Assembly: GCA_032718475.1 (NCBI GenBank)
Contig: JAUCBJ010005193.1
Span: 1 to 39,688 of the forward strand
Length of the DNA: 39,688 bases
Direction of reading: 5' to 3'
Source of the DNA: Nemertoderma westbladi
Taxonomy: Eukaryota > Animalia > Xenacoelomorpha
The position numbers and the translations under genes are program-made. Under the pieces are notes generated by a model that had not been told where the DNA came from, made no database searches, and worked only from the letters and a program-made list of their open reading frames with translations. Of the stretch, positions 1-11,674 are shown in pieces (position 1 is the stretch's first letter; each line of letters begins with the position of its first letter).

Positions 1-2097
1 CTAAACTTTGTGTGTGAGACTAAACTATGTGTGTTAGACTAAACTTTGTGTGTGAGACTAAACTTTGTGTGTGAGACTAAACTATGTTTGTGAGACTAAA
101 CTTTGTGTGTGAGACTAAACTTTGTGTGTGAGACTAAACTATGTGTGTGAGACTAAACTTTGTGTGTGAGACTAAACTTTGTGTGTGAGACTAAACTTTG
201 ATGTCTGTCTATTTGTGTGAGACTAAACTTTGTGTGTGAGACTAAACTTGGTGTGTGAGACTAAACTTTGTGTGTGAGACTAAACTTTGTGTGTGAGACT
301 AAACTATGTGTGTGCGACTAAACTTTGTGTGTGAGACTAAACTTTATGTGTGAGACTAAACTATGTGTGTGAGACTAAACTTTGTGTGTGAGACTAAACT
401 ATGTTTGTGAGACTAAACTTGGTGTGTGAGACTAAACTATGTTTGTGAGACTAAACTTGGTGTGTGAGACTAAACTATGTTTGTGAGACTAAACTTTGTG
501 TGTGAGACTAAACTTTGTGTGTGAGACTAAACTATGTGTGTGAGACTAAACTTTGTGTGTGAGACTAAACTTTGTGTGTGAGACTAAACTTTGATGTCTG
601 TCTATTTGTGTGAGACTAAACTTTGTGTGTGAGACTAAACTTGGTGTGTGAGACTAAACTTTGTGTGTGAGACTAAACTTTGTGTGTGAGACTAAACTTT
701 GTGTGTGAGACTAAACTTTGTGTGTGAGACTAAACTTTGTGTGTGAGACTAAACTATGTTTGTGAGACTAAACTTTGTGTGTGAGACTAAACTTTGTGTG
801 TGAGACTAAACTCTGTTTGTGAGACTAAACTTTGTGTGTGAGACTAAACTTTGCTGTCTGTCTATTTGTGTGAGACTAAATTTGGTGTGTGAGACTAAAC
901 TTTGTGTGTGAGACTAAATTTTGTGTGTGAGACTAAACTTTGCTGTCTGAGACTAAACTTTGTGTGTGAGACTAAACTTTTCTGTCTGTCTATTTGTGTG
1001 AGACTAAATTTGGTGTGTGAGACTAAACTTTGCTGTATGTCTATTTGTGTGAGACTAAACTTGGTGTATGAGACTAAACTTTGTGTGTGAGACTAAACTT
1101 TGTGTGTGAGACTAAACTTTGTGTGTGAGACTAAACTTTGTGTGTGAGACTAAACTTTGCTGTCTGTCTATTTGTGTGAGACTAAACTTGGTGTATGAGA
1201 CTAAACTTTGCTGTCTGAGACTAAACTTTGTGTGTGAGACTAAACTTTGCTGTCTGTCTATTTGTGTGAGACTAAACTTGGTGTGTGAGACTAAACTTTG
1301 TGTGTGAGACTAAACTTTGCTGTCTGTCTATTTGTGTGAGACTAAACTAACTTGGTGTGTGAGACTAAACTTTGTGTGTGAGACTAAACTTTGTGTGTGA
1401 GACTAAACTTTGTGTGTGAGACTAAACTTGCTGTCTGTCTCTTTGTGTGAGACTAAACTTTGTGTGTGAGACTAAACTTTGTGTGTGAGACTAAACTTTG
1501 TGTGTGAGACTAAACTTTGTGTGTGAGACTAAACTCTGTGTGTCAGACTAAACTTTGTGTGTGAGACTAAACTCTGTGTGTGAGACTAAACTTTGTGTGT
1601 GAGACTAAACTTTGTGTGTGAGACTAAACTTTGTTTGTGTGACTAAACTTTGTGTGTGAGACTAAACTCTGTGTGTGAGACTAAACTTTGTGTGTGAGAC
1701 TAAACTTTGTGTGTGAGACTAAACTTTGTGTGTGAGACTAAACTTTGTGTGTGAGACTAAACTTTGTGTGTGAGACTAAACTTTGTGTGTGAGACTAAAC
1801 TTTGTGTGTGAGACAAAACTTTGTGTGTGAGACTAAACTTTGTGTGTGAGACTAAACTTTGTGTGTGAGACTAAACTCTGTGTGTGAGACTAAACTTTGT
1901 GTGTGAGACTAAACTTTGTGTGTGAGACTAAACTTTGTGTGTGAGACAGACTAAACTTTGTGTGTGAGACAGACTAAACTTTGTGTGTGAGACTAAACTT
2001 TGTGGGTGAGACTAAACTTTGTGTGTGAGACTAAACTTTGCTGTCTGTCCATTTGTGTGAGACTAAACTTTGCTGTCTGTCCATTTCTGTGAGACTA
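1..2097. repeat. Tandem satellite, 19-bp unit GAGACTAAACTTTGTGTGT, with interspersed 32-bp variant units; runs off the window start
   Basis: CTAAAC recurs every 19 bp. Variant GAGACTAAACTTTG(C/A)TGTCTGTCTATTTGTGT occurs at about 190, 580, 840-1340 and 2030-2090. Confidence 0.97.
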
Positions 2098-3153
2098 TTC
2101 TTTACAGTCCCTTCTTTGAATATACATTTTTTGTGCTAATTTATTGTTGTTACACAGCGAAATTACTATAACATTATATAATGCCGTCTGATAACGTATT
2201 TTCCTTTCTTAATGTAACTTTAATACTTTGCATTGCTGCTACAATCTGTACTTGACATCTCCTAAAGCTAAATATCAAAGTTACATAGTTTCCCATGGGT
2301 CCATTCTTATTTATTATTGTTCCTTTGCCTTAGAAAGTTCGTAGTTTACTTTATGGAATTTCTTCTGATATTTTAAATGCTGGCTTGGGTAGTGGTATGT
2401 TTAGTAATTTTTGTGCTTATTCATGTAACTTTCTACGTTTCCGTTGAATCACAATTTTCAGGCTACAAAAATTGTGATTAATCATTGATATTTCAGTTAT
2501 GTTAATCTAAATTGTCTTTCGATAAATAATTATATTATTGTAATAAAGTAATGAATTATATTTAATAATAAGACCAATGTAATAAACTTATTGAGGGACA
2601 GTATGGTACAATTTTTTCCTAAAAATTGCTGCATAACGTGATTATTTATATAACACTTCTACTTAGAGGTACCGCTACTAAAGCTCAGCCACTAAAGCAA
2701 CGAGACAGGGGTGAACTTAACGCAAATACCATCTCGGTGAATTAATATAGCGCCACAATGTTAAATTATAGTAGTAGGTTACATTGGCACGGCATTCTAA
2801 CCAAAACAATAATAACTAAAATCAATATAACAGTAAACACCTGTTACAGATTTATTTCTGGGAGTAATCAGCTGTTACTTGAGTACATTTTCCTCTGGAG
2901 AGAGGAAAATCACATTTCATTCCTCGCTGTAGGAATCCTAGCAATTTATATTGCATTTGCATATTACCTGACGGTATTAATATTTTAAATACATCAATTA
3001 TGATCAAACGGCTATTTTAATTTTGAAAATCTGGTTTTGAGCTTTGAGGTGTATCATTAATTAGAATGAAATGTTTTTTTAATTAGAGTGAATGTTGTGA
3101 TAGGGACATTACCATCCTACCCATGGCTCGTTCACGGAATGACGAGAACTCAT

Positions 3154-3175
3154 CCCCCCCCCCCCCCCCCCCCCC
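3154..3175. repeat. Poly-C homopolymer tract
   Basis: 22 consecutive C. Confidence 0.9.
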
Positions 3176-4789
3176 GCCCCTCTCCCTCTTAAAATCCACT
3201 GCGTTATTTTGACCTCTCTGCGTTTTTAGTTTGTTGTACACCGGTTGGAGCCCTGCTTCGGATCTTATTGTTTATGCACAGCAACTACGGAGCTGAAATT
3301 TACTCCTACAGTAAAAATAACTAACAATAATCTATATCAGCAATCAACAATTGCGAATTAATTAAAACCAACTTACAACAGATGAAAACGTTGGCCGGCC
3401 ACTGCGTAATAAGTTATAAAACCGTTGGTTCTACTGTAATACCATGTACGTGTATTGCAAATCTCAATTAAAGAGTAAAAAAAAGAATAATTATCTTTCA
3501 ATTGGAAGAAGAAGATGATGTTGAAAATAATTTGTGACAAAGTAATGAATATAATTCTAGACTATTGCATTCTGGCTTGCAGGAAAAATGTTTAGGAAGT
3601 ATTTTTGACAAACCTATCTCTAAACAAAGTGTCTATGCCCAAAATTAGTAAAGAAAAATATTAAAAAAAAGCACAATTTTTGGCTTCCCACAATCGAAAT
3701 ATAAAATTTCAAGGGTGATTACACTACACAACCTTATTTATTAGTAAATATTATAAACATCTTATTATAGGCCTACATTAAATAATTAATTGATACTAGT
3801 TAATATTTCTTATGTACTGTAGGACCCCTTAGGCTATTATTATTAATTATTATTATAGAAAAATGAGTATACGTGTGATTATAATGATAAATACATAACT
3901 AACAATCTATAAATAAATATAAAAGACAATAAATATGATTATTGTCAATATTCTCAAGAGACTCCATCTTATGGAAATTAAATATAATATTTAAAAAGTA
4001 AAGTAAGATTTAAACTTTTTAAATTAATTTCCGTAACATAATTAACTAACTCAACAGCAGCTACAACTGTACTGTATACGTAACAACAATGGATAGAACG
4101 GTGTCGGATTGTACTGAAACGCGGAGAGTTTGTAAAGTAGGAAAATACAAGTAAAACAAACAAAGGAAACTCTTGGAAAAGAGTGAAAATATTCACCTGT
4201 ATAAATTAACAATGTAGGCCCTACAGTACATAATGCACAAAAGCAGTAATCCTAAATGTTCCAGATAATAAAATTGTAATACATAAGAAAACACACTTTA
4301 AAAAAAGCAACCTAACCATACTTAAACATAACCATATTGAGGAGGGATGAGGGGGGGGGGGGGTACCCCCTCCCCCCCTTAATTTTGTTCTTAATTGGTA
4401 TATGTTTCCAATGTGGTTGAACAATTCTTAGAAAACGATTTACTGTAGGTCGTATCATAGAAAATAAAATTATAAAAGTAAATAAAAATTTGAAAAATTT
4501 TACTAAAATGACTACTCCTCCGACATTTTTAATTTTCTAACACCATATTTTTTGGCACCAGCATGTTGATTTTCATCATTTCGGTCCCTTTTTCTATTTT
4601 CATTTTCTATTTTCGATAATAGACCTCGACATATGTATAAATTATTAAGAAAATACTAGACGAATTATTTTATTATTGGCAGTGGTGAAGAATTAATTAG
4701 CAGTGTAAATCTTTGTAACGTCCTTTGCCCAAGAACGTAGCGTATTTGGTGCTTTGTAAGTATTATTATTATTATTATCACTAGACCAA

Positions 4790-5060
4790 GCAGCAGCTTG
4801 GTCTAGTGGTGACATTACTGTGCTTCCGATTAGGGAGCCCGGGTTCGATCCCTAGATGGGGCAGCACTGTTTGGGCACAGTGCTTTAAATGCTGCAGCCT
4901 AGCCCAACCCCGGCTTTCATCCTTCAGTGGTCGATAAATGGGAACCAAGGCAACTTGGGAAACAGAGTGGAAGGGTTTACTGCGGAAGATCACCCATGGT
5001 GGTGAACAGGCATTCCTTGGCTTAACGAGCCTAAAAGATTCTCCCATTCATTATTATTAA
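4790..5060 (+). mobile_element. tRNA-derived SINE (tRNA-Gly-like head, conserved central core, (ATT)n tail)
   Basis: Pol III A box TGGTCTAGTGG 4799-4809 and B box GGTTCGATCCC 4842-4852. The core GGCTTTCATCCTTCAGTGGTCGATAAATG near 4912-4940 resembles, from memory, the Meta/MESC-type SINE domain. Ends in CATTATTATTA and sits beside an (ATT)n tract. Confidence 0.8.
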
Positions 5061-5251
5061 TAGGCAATTTGGAAAGAAAACATTCAAAATTAAAAAAATA
5101 AAACAACCATGTTTTTTTTAATTTTCCATTTTAAAAAAGGGGAAAATATGAAGTCAAGAAAACCGCTCTAAATTTATTGAAACTTATGAAATTACCTTTC
5201 ATATAAGGCAAACATTTCTAGTATTAGTGTCTGATTAGGAAGGAGGCACAC

Positions 5252-6230
5252 TTAGAGTTGGAACGGGATCGGGATCCCGATTTTCGGGATCAGGATTTTT
5301 AATTTCCTTTTATTTATTTTTTTATTTAATTTAAACTTTCAAGAAATCTCCTGTTGTAAAAAATGCCTGGATGTCAAAATGTCCACTGATTTTTTTCTAT
5401 TTTTACTCTACTTCTACGTATTTTATTTCACACGTAGGCCTAAGTATTTCATTTCACTTACGTTTTTAATATAATTTATGTAACATATATAATATACAGT
5501 ATCTAACTGCAGTCTGACTGAATCGTTGCCTCATGAAAATGTTTATCATATTCAATAAAAAGCAACAAGTGTTTCTATTATTTATAATGTAGACATTCAT
5601 GTATATATTTAATGTATTTAATGAATGAATTTCAGATATAAATTCAGATTCAGAAATCAGCTATAAATCATGTATGTAAATTAATCCATCATTCATCAAT
5701 CATTAGGGGTGTGAGTTTTCCGGAAATATGTTTTTCAAGGAAAGTTCCGAAAATTTCCGGGAAAGTATACTTCACCCGTAGTTACCAGTTACGACCTCAA
5801 GAGCCAAGACAACGAACCACCACAACACAGCTAAGCATGAATTACTTGTTTCTAATGTTTACTCTACTTATGTATAAACGGCAAAATAACAGGATGTATT
5901 AAATTGTAAAAAACTTAAAAAATTGATTAATTTTGTTAAAATGTATTAATTTCCGAATTTGCGTTCAATAAAGATCTAGTTACTGTAATAAGGAAATTTA
6001 CAAAACACAAAGTCACAATCTCAATTTTAGTTCAAATCGTATTACTATTTTATGCAATTTATATGAGGATATATTTCAGTAAATATTTACTATTAAAAGT
6101 AAACTTTTTTATATCAAATTAAAATAAAATAGGAAGTTTTCGAATGTCTAGGATAATCTCTCGCATCCCTATCAATAATCTTATCAATCATCCAATGAAA
6201 ATCCTCCATCGGGATCCCGTTGCAAAAATA
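5252..6230. mobile_element. Degenerate hAT-type MITE (outer element)
   Basis: Imperfect TIRs TAGAGTTGGAACGGGATC and GATCCCGTTGCAAAAATA. Flanks AGGCACAC (5244-5251) and AGGTACAC (6231-6238) fit an 8-bp TSD with one mismatch. Confidence 0.55.
5704..6171. mobile_element. hAT-type MITE nested in the previous element
   Basis: TIRs TAGGGGTGTGAG and CTCGCATCCCTA (10/12 match). Flanks TCAATCAT (5696-5703) and TCAATAAT (6172-6179) fit an 8-bp TSD with one mismatch. Confidence 0.6.
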
Positions 6231-6483
6231 AGGTACACCAGGGAATCTTGGTGGAGGAATCTTTCAGTTTTCCGTGTTTCTTTCATTTTGACAGACAGAT
6301 TGGCAGACAGATATTCCACGATAACTCGAGAAGAGATCTCTCTAAGCCGTTTTCAAATTTGAAACCACCCTATCAAATTTCTGAAATCTTCATCCAGGGG
6401 GGGGGGGTCCCTTTAATGGTTAATAAGGTAAAATATAGTACCTTAATTATTTATTGGAGTGTGTCTCTAAGTGATTTAAAACT

Positions 6484-7186
6484 ACCCTAATAAACTAAAG
6501 TCAACCCAATAAAATTATTCAAACACCAAATTACATTTTTCAACACCAAAAACAATAAATTATTCAACACCAAAATAAATACATCCCCCAAAATAAATAC
6601 ACAATCCCACAAAAATAAATACGTATTCCCCCAAAATAATAAAATATTCTACCATATTAAACATAGTCTTAGGTAAAGACTCTTAGGTAAAGACTCACAG
6701 TTGAAGACTATTGTTACGAGGATCGTCGGGTGAGTACAAAACAACGACCAAAGACTCAAGGCTTTACTGTACAAAACAAAGAGGTAAAGTCGCATTGCAA
6801 TTAAAAGGAGCAGGTTAGAGAGGCGTATTGGTGGAACCAGAACAATAAACGAAAGGTTACACATGTTACAAGATTATGCAGGTCTATATAATTGGGCCTT
6901 TGTTTTGTAATCATCCAAGGATAATAATATGATTAAACATTTTGTTTGATTTATGGAAATAAATAATTAATAAATTTGTATAATATAAATAAATTTTCCA
7001 TAAAATTTTTGGTGCTGTAAGAATTGTTTTTGGTTGAAAAGTAATTATTTTAGGGAGATTGAATAATTGTTTTTGGGGGAAAGAATAATTGTTTTTGGGG
7101 GAATGAATAATAATTGTTTTTGGGGATGAGTTATTGTTTTTTGAATAATTGTTTTTGGTGAGAGAGATATTCAAAATTAGGGTATG
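6484..7186. repeat. Degenerate foldback-like inverted repeat built of short subrepeats
   Basis: CCCCAAAATAAAT-type subrepeats at about 6520-6645 are mirrored by ATTGTTTTTGGGG-type subrepeats at about 7000-7160; TACCCTAA and TTAGGGTA lie near the edges. Confidence 0.45.
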
Positions 7187-7317
7187 TAAATTGGCGCTAC
7201 AAAAAAATATATTTTGTGCTTAATAATTTTTTTGGTGTGAAATCATCCGAGAACCTGAATGCGAGAAATCATTGAAGATTGTTGAATATTTCACAAACGG
7301 GAATACCAAGGTGTGGT

Positions 7318-7400
7318 ACAACTCCCATAACTTTTGGCGTAAAACCTTATCATACGCCGTGGTGAAGTCAATGAAAATAAGGAATAACTTACCAGCCTGT
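7318..7400 (-). pseudogene. Non-LTR retrotransposon reverse transcriptase fragment
   Basis: Translates GKLFLIFIDFTTAYDKVLRQKLWEL, matching the LINE RT motif FIDFxKA(Y/F)DxV. Confidence 0.7.
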
Positions 7401-7497
7401 TCAATATCGGGAGATGCCCACATGGCCAGACGCTTTGATAAAATTAATATATTTTTATTGCTAATGAACTGAGGATTGATTCTATGCAGTAAAATTA

Positions 7498-8400
7498 CGA
7501 GGTGGTGAACATTGTGGCAACCATCGCGCCCTGGCTCCGTGACCGAGGTGGCACACTTTGTGGCAGACGTCGATCCATGCTCCGTGACGGAGGTGGCGCA
7601 CATTGTGACAGTCGCCGAGCCCAGACTCCCTGACCGAGGTGGCGCACATTGTGGCAGTCTCCGGGCCCTGGCTCCATGACCAAGGTGGCGCACATTGTGG
7701 CAGTCTCCCGTGACCAAGGTGGCGCACATTATGGCAGCCGTCGAGCTCTGACCGAGGTGGCTCACACTTGTGGCAATCGCCAAGCTCAGACTCCCTGGCC
7801 GAGGTGGCGTACATTATGGAAGTCTCCTAGCCCTGGCTCCGTGACCAAGTTGGCGCACATTGTGGCAGCCGTCGAGCTCTGACCGAGGTGGCTCACACTT
7901 GTGGCAGTCGCCAAGCTCAGACTCCCTGGCCGAGGTGGCGTACATTGTGGAAGTCTCCTAGCCCTGGCTCCGTGACCAAGTTGGCGCACATTGTGGCAGC
8001 CGTCGAGCTCTGATCGAGGTGGCTCACACTTGTGGCAGTCGCCGAGCCCAGACTCCCTGACCGAGGTGGCGCACATTGTGGCAGTCTCCTAGCCCTGGCT
8101 CCGTGACCAAGTTGGCGCACATTGTGGCAGCCGTCAAGCTCTGACCGAGGTGGCTCACACTTGTGGCAGTCGCCGAGCCCAGACTCCCTGGCCGAGGTGG
8201 CGTACATTGTGGAAGTCTCCTAGCCCTGGCTCCGTGACCAAGGTGGCGCACATTGTGGCAGCCGTCGAGCTCTGACCGAGGTGGCTCACACTTGTGGCAG
8301 TCGCCAAGCTCAGACTCCCTGGCCGAGGTGGCGTTCATTGAGGCAGTCTACAGGCCCGGGCTCCGTGATCGAGGTGGCGCACATTGTGGCAGCCGTCGAG
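7498..8400. repeat. GC-rich minisatellite; roughly 47+46+38-bp monomers forming a 131-bp higher-order repeat
   Basis: The core CCGAGGTGGCGCACATTGTGGCAG recurs about 20 times. Repeated ORF translations are offset by 131 bp (8076, 8207, 8338). Confidence 0.95.
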
Positions 8401-8736
8401 GCACTAACAGGTGAGATCTTACTACTCATCAGACAAGCAGGGTAAACTTAATCGGTTAGTGAGTAGATTATTTTTAAAGGCTGTTTAATTTTTTAAAATA
8501 TAAGAAACTTCGAAGGATTAAAAAAAATCTATAAACATTATTGTATTTAATACAACTGATACAAACACCACTACCGCGGATACCTATTGAATGCCTATTA
8601 TCAGAACTAGTGAGGTAATGAAAAACGAAAATGAAACAAAATTGATGAAAATGAAATTAAAATTATTTCGTTTCGTTGAGCCATCCCTGGTTAGATCTGC
8701 CAGTAGTATAGGCTACAGCCACAGCTGATGCACAGA

Positions 8737-10035
8737 CTATGTTGGAGGCCCCCTAGCGGACTCATCGTGGCCGCTTTGGTTGGCCATGGACTCCCCTATG
8801 GGAACCACCACATTAGATTTTATTTTAAATATATTGACATTAACAGCATATCGGAAACTTACTACAAATATATACATGAGATAAAAGTTTAAACTGAAGA
8901 CAATACCAAACATATTAGATATCTGTGCAGCAATATTATTGATAACTAACATTTTTTCATAAGCAGAAATTTGCTCTAATTTAGATAAAGGGTGTAGATT
9001 TCCTCCCATATTGTCGAAAATTGTTCTTATAATGTGAAAGATTATACGAGCACAATCTTTTGCGCACATTAGAGTTCCAGTAACGAGCATCATATTTACC
9101 GCAGCGGACATTTTATTATTGGTTGATGGTATAGATTGCCTCATTAGCTTTCTTAACTTATAAATCATTAGACCGTTTATAGCAAACACTCCTACAATTT
9201 GAATGGTTTTTCTTATGGGAAAGAAATAATCCAGAAACTGATGTGCCCTAATCCAGTGAACGTTATATGATCTCAAATAATAAAGTAAAGCCCAATATTG
9301 CTTTTCACCATTAACGTATCGAATTTCCCCCTTATACATAACTAAATAAGGCCAGTACAGACACGCTGTGTATATAAATAAAACTACTATAATCCCATAT
9401 ATCATGTTATTATTCTTTAATTTTGTATCCTTATACCATACCGGGAAATAAAGGGCTGCAATACGCTCTGCGCCCATAATTAAGGTGAGTGTTGAATCTC
9501 CATATTGTACACACCAAGCAAATATCGGCCAATAACACTGGCATAACCATGAAACAACGTTATAACAGTGAAAGTGCCAAATTTTGTTGTTGTTTTCTAT
9601 CACTGGCTCATATTCAAAATAGTACCACTTAGAATTCTGACCATGTTTTAGTAGTTGGCCAAACGATATAAGAATATCGAAAATTGACTTTAACACCAAC
9701 ATTCTATAAAATAAAGTATTGAATGATTTTTCCTTCACAATTGTTACAATAATTAATATATTGCCAATCAGACCAAATAAATTATATGTTGATATATAAG
9801 GTGTGAGAATAAAATCGTCGACATATTTCCTAGCATTGTGATAAATCTCAAATCCTTTCATCATATCATCATAATCCGATTTAGGAACAGTTTCAAAGTA
9901 TTCGTGGTACAAATTTGTTTCGGTTGTATTCCCTTTAACCATCGGATTGATTCCATTATTGGTAGCTTCAGATATAAATATAAGAATACAACAAAAACAC
10001 AATAACCATTGAATGTGAAAGTTTCTTGCAAACAT
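8737..10035 (-). CDS. Intronless class A (rhodopsin-like) 7TM GPCR, orphan peptide-/chemoreceptor-like
   Basis: About 432 aa from the ATG at 10035. TM1 FGLIGNILII, TM2 LKSIFD, TM3 end MGAERIAALYFP (DRY-like), TM7 SLNFYLMY followed by helix 8 SFR. The N-terminus is hydrophobic and signal-peptide-like. Confidence 0.88.
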   Translation of the reverse strand: MFARNFHIQWLLCFCCILIFISEATNNGINPMVKGNTTETNLYHEYFETVPKSDYDDMMKGFEIYHNARKYVDDFILTPYISTYNLFGLIGNILIIVTIVKEKSFNTLFYRMLVLKSIFDILISFGQLLKHGQNSKWYYFEYEPVIENNNKIWHFHCYNVVSWLCQCYWPIFAWCVQYGDSTLTLIMGAERIAALYFPVWYKDTKLKNNNMIYGIIVVLFIYTACLYWPYLVMYKGEIRYVNGEKQYWALLYYLRSYNVHWIRAHQFLDYFFPIRKTIQIVGVFAINGLMIYKLRKLMRQSIPSTNNKMSAAVNMMLVTGTLMCAKDCARIIFHIIRTIFDNMGGNLHPLSKLEQISAYEKMLVINNIAAQISNMFGIVFSLNFYLMYIFVVSFRYAVNVNIFKIKSNVVVPIGESMANQSGHDESARGPPT

Positions 10036-10187
10036 GTTTATTTCTGCCACATCATATGAGGCTGAAATTAAGGAATTTAAATTTCCCCTATATTTTTTTC
10101 AATAATACAAGTCTTAAGGATTATAAATATGTTTTTTTTGGCATCTGATATATAAGCATTGAACATTCTCTGTAGTTCTACAGTTGA

Positions 10188-11589
10188 TACAATACTGTAC
10201 ATTATTGATACTGTATTGGTACAATACTGTACAGTATTGATACTGTATTGGTACAATACTGTACAGTATTGATACTGTATTGGTAGGCCTACAATACTGT
10301 ACAGTATTGATACTGTATTTGTACAATACTGTACAGTATTGATACTGTATTGGTAGGCCTACAGTACTGTACAGTATTGATACTGTATTGGTACAATACT
10401 GTACAGTATTGATACTGTATTGGTACAATACTGTACAGTATTGATACTGTATTGGTACAATACTGTACAGTATTGGTACAATACTGTACAGTATTGATAC
10501 TGTATTGGTACAATACTGTACAGTATTGATACTGTATTGGTACAATACTGTACAGTATTGATACTGTATTGGTACAATACTGTACAGTATTGATACTGTA
10601 TTGGTAGGCCTACAATACTGTACAGTATTGATACTGTATTTGTACAATACTGTACAGTATTGATACTGTATTGGTAGGCCTACAGTACTGTACAGTATTG
10701 ATACTGTATTGGTACAATACTGTACAGTATTGATACTGTATTGGTACAATACTGTACAGTATTGATACTGTATTGGTACAATACTGTACAGTATTGATAC
10801 TGTATTGGTAGGCCTACAATACTGTACAGTATTGATACTGTATTTGTACAATACTGTACAGTATTGATACTGTATTGGTAGGCCTACAGTACTGTACAGT
10901 ATTGATACTGTATTGGTACAATACTGTACAGTATTGATACTGTATTGGTACAATACTGTACAGTATTGATACTGTATTGGTACAATACTGTACAGTATTG
11001 GTACAATACTGTACAGTATTGATACTGTATTGGTACAATACTGTACAGTATTGATACTGTATTGGTACAATACTGTACAGTATTGATACTGTATTGGTAC
11101 AATACTGTACAGTATTGATACTGTATTGGTAGGCCTACAATACTGTACAGTATTGATACTGTATTTGTACAATACTGTACAGTATTGATACTGTATTGGT
11201 AGGCCTACAGTACTGTACAGTATTGATACTGTATTGGTACAATACTGTACAGTATTGATACTGTATTGGTACAATACTGTACAGTATTGATACTGTATTG
11301 GTACAATACTGTACAGTATTGGTACAATACTGTACAGTATTGATACTGTATTGGTACAATACTGTACAGTATTGATACTGTATTGGTACAATACTGTACA
11401 GTATTGATACTGTATTGGTACAATACTGTACAGTATTGATACTGTATTGGTACAATACTGTACAGTATTGATACTGTATTGGTACAATACTGTACATTAT
11501 TGATACTGTATTGGTACAATACTGTACAGTATTGATACTGTATTGGTACAATACTGTACAGTATTGATACTGTATTGGTACAATACTGT
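10188..11589. repeat. Tandem satellite, 32-bp unit GTACAATACTGTACAGTATTGATACTGTATTG containing an 18-bp perfect palindrome
   Basis: CAATACTGTACAGTATTG is self-complementary. Variant units with GTAGGCCTAC mark a 525-bp higher-order duplication (10289 vs 10814, 10359 vs 10884). Confidence 0.97.
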
Positions 11590-11605
11590 GTATGACATTA
11601 TGATA

Positions 11606-11674
11606 TTGACTGGGGCTGAACCTACAACCACTAGATTGCAGACTCAGCGCTCAACCAACTGATCTACCGGTATG
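11606..11674 (-). mobile_element. Degenerate tRNA-like sequence (SINE head or tRNA pseudogene)
   Basis: Minus strand reads CCGGTAGATCAGTTGGTTGAGCGC...GTAGGTTCAGCCCCAGTC, with A-box-like and B-box-like motifs at tRNA spacing; stems are imperfect. Confidence 0.55.

Noticed and set aside
902-1307. CVRLNFVCETKL ORFs
   Set aside because: Translations of the 19-bp satellite.
4793-4863. Functional tRNA-Gly gene
   Set aside because: The acceptor and anticodon stems pair poorly, and the sequence continues into a SINE body and tail.
6712-6870. Possible 159-bp solo LTR (TGTTAC...TTACA with AATAAA)
   Set aside because: The flanks AGACTAT/AGATTAT do not give a clean 4-6 bp TSD, and there is no second copy in the window.
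7220-8338. Cys/His-rich ORFs (CHNVRHLG, CHKCEPP) suggesting zinc-finger or heme proteins
   Set aside because: They are translations of the minisatellite; the 131-bp unit shifts frame each period.
7498-8400. CRISPR-like pattern of a constant core with variable spacers
   Set aside because: The spacers are short, related and recur with a 131-bp period; no cas genes; eukaryotic context.
10114-11551. 457-aa and overlapping YQYSINTVQYC ORFs
   Set aside because: Artefacts of a stop-free satellite strand.
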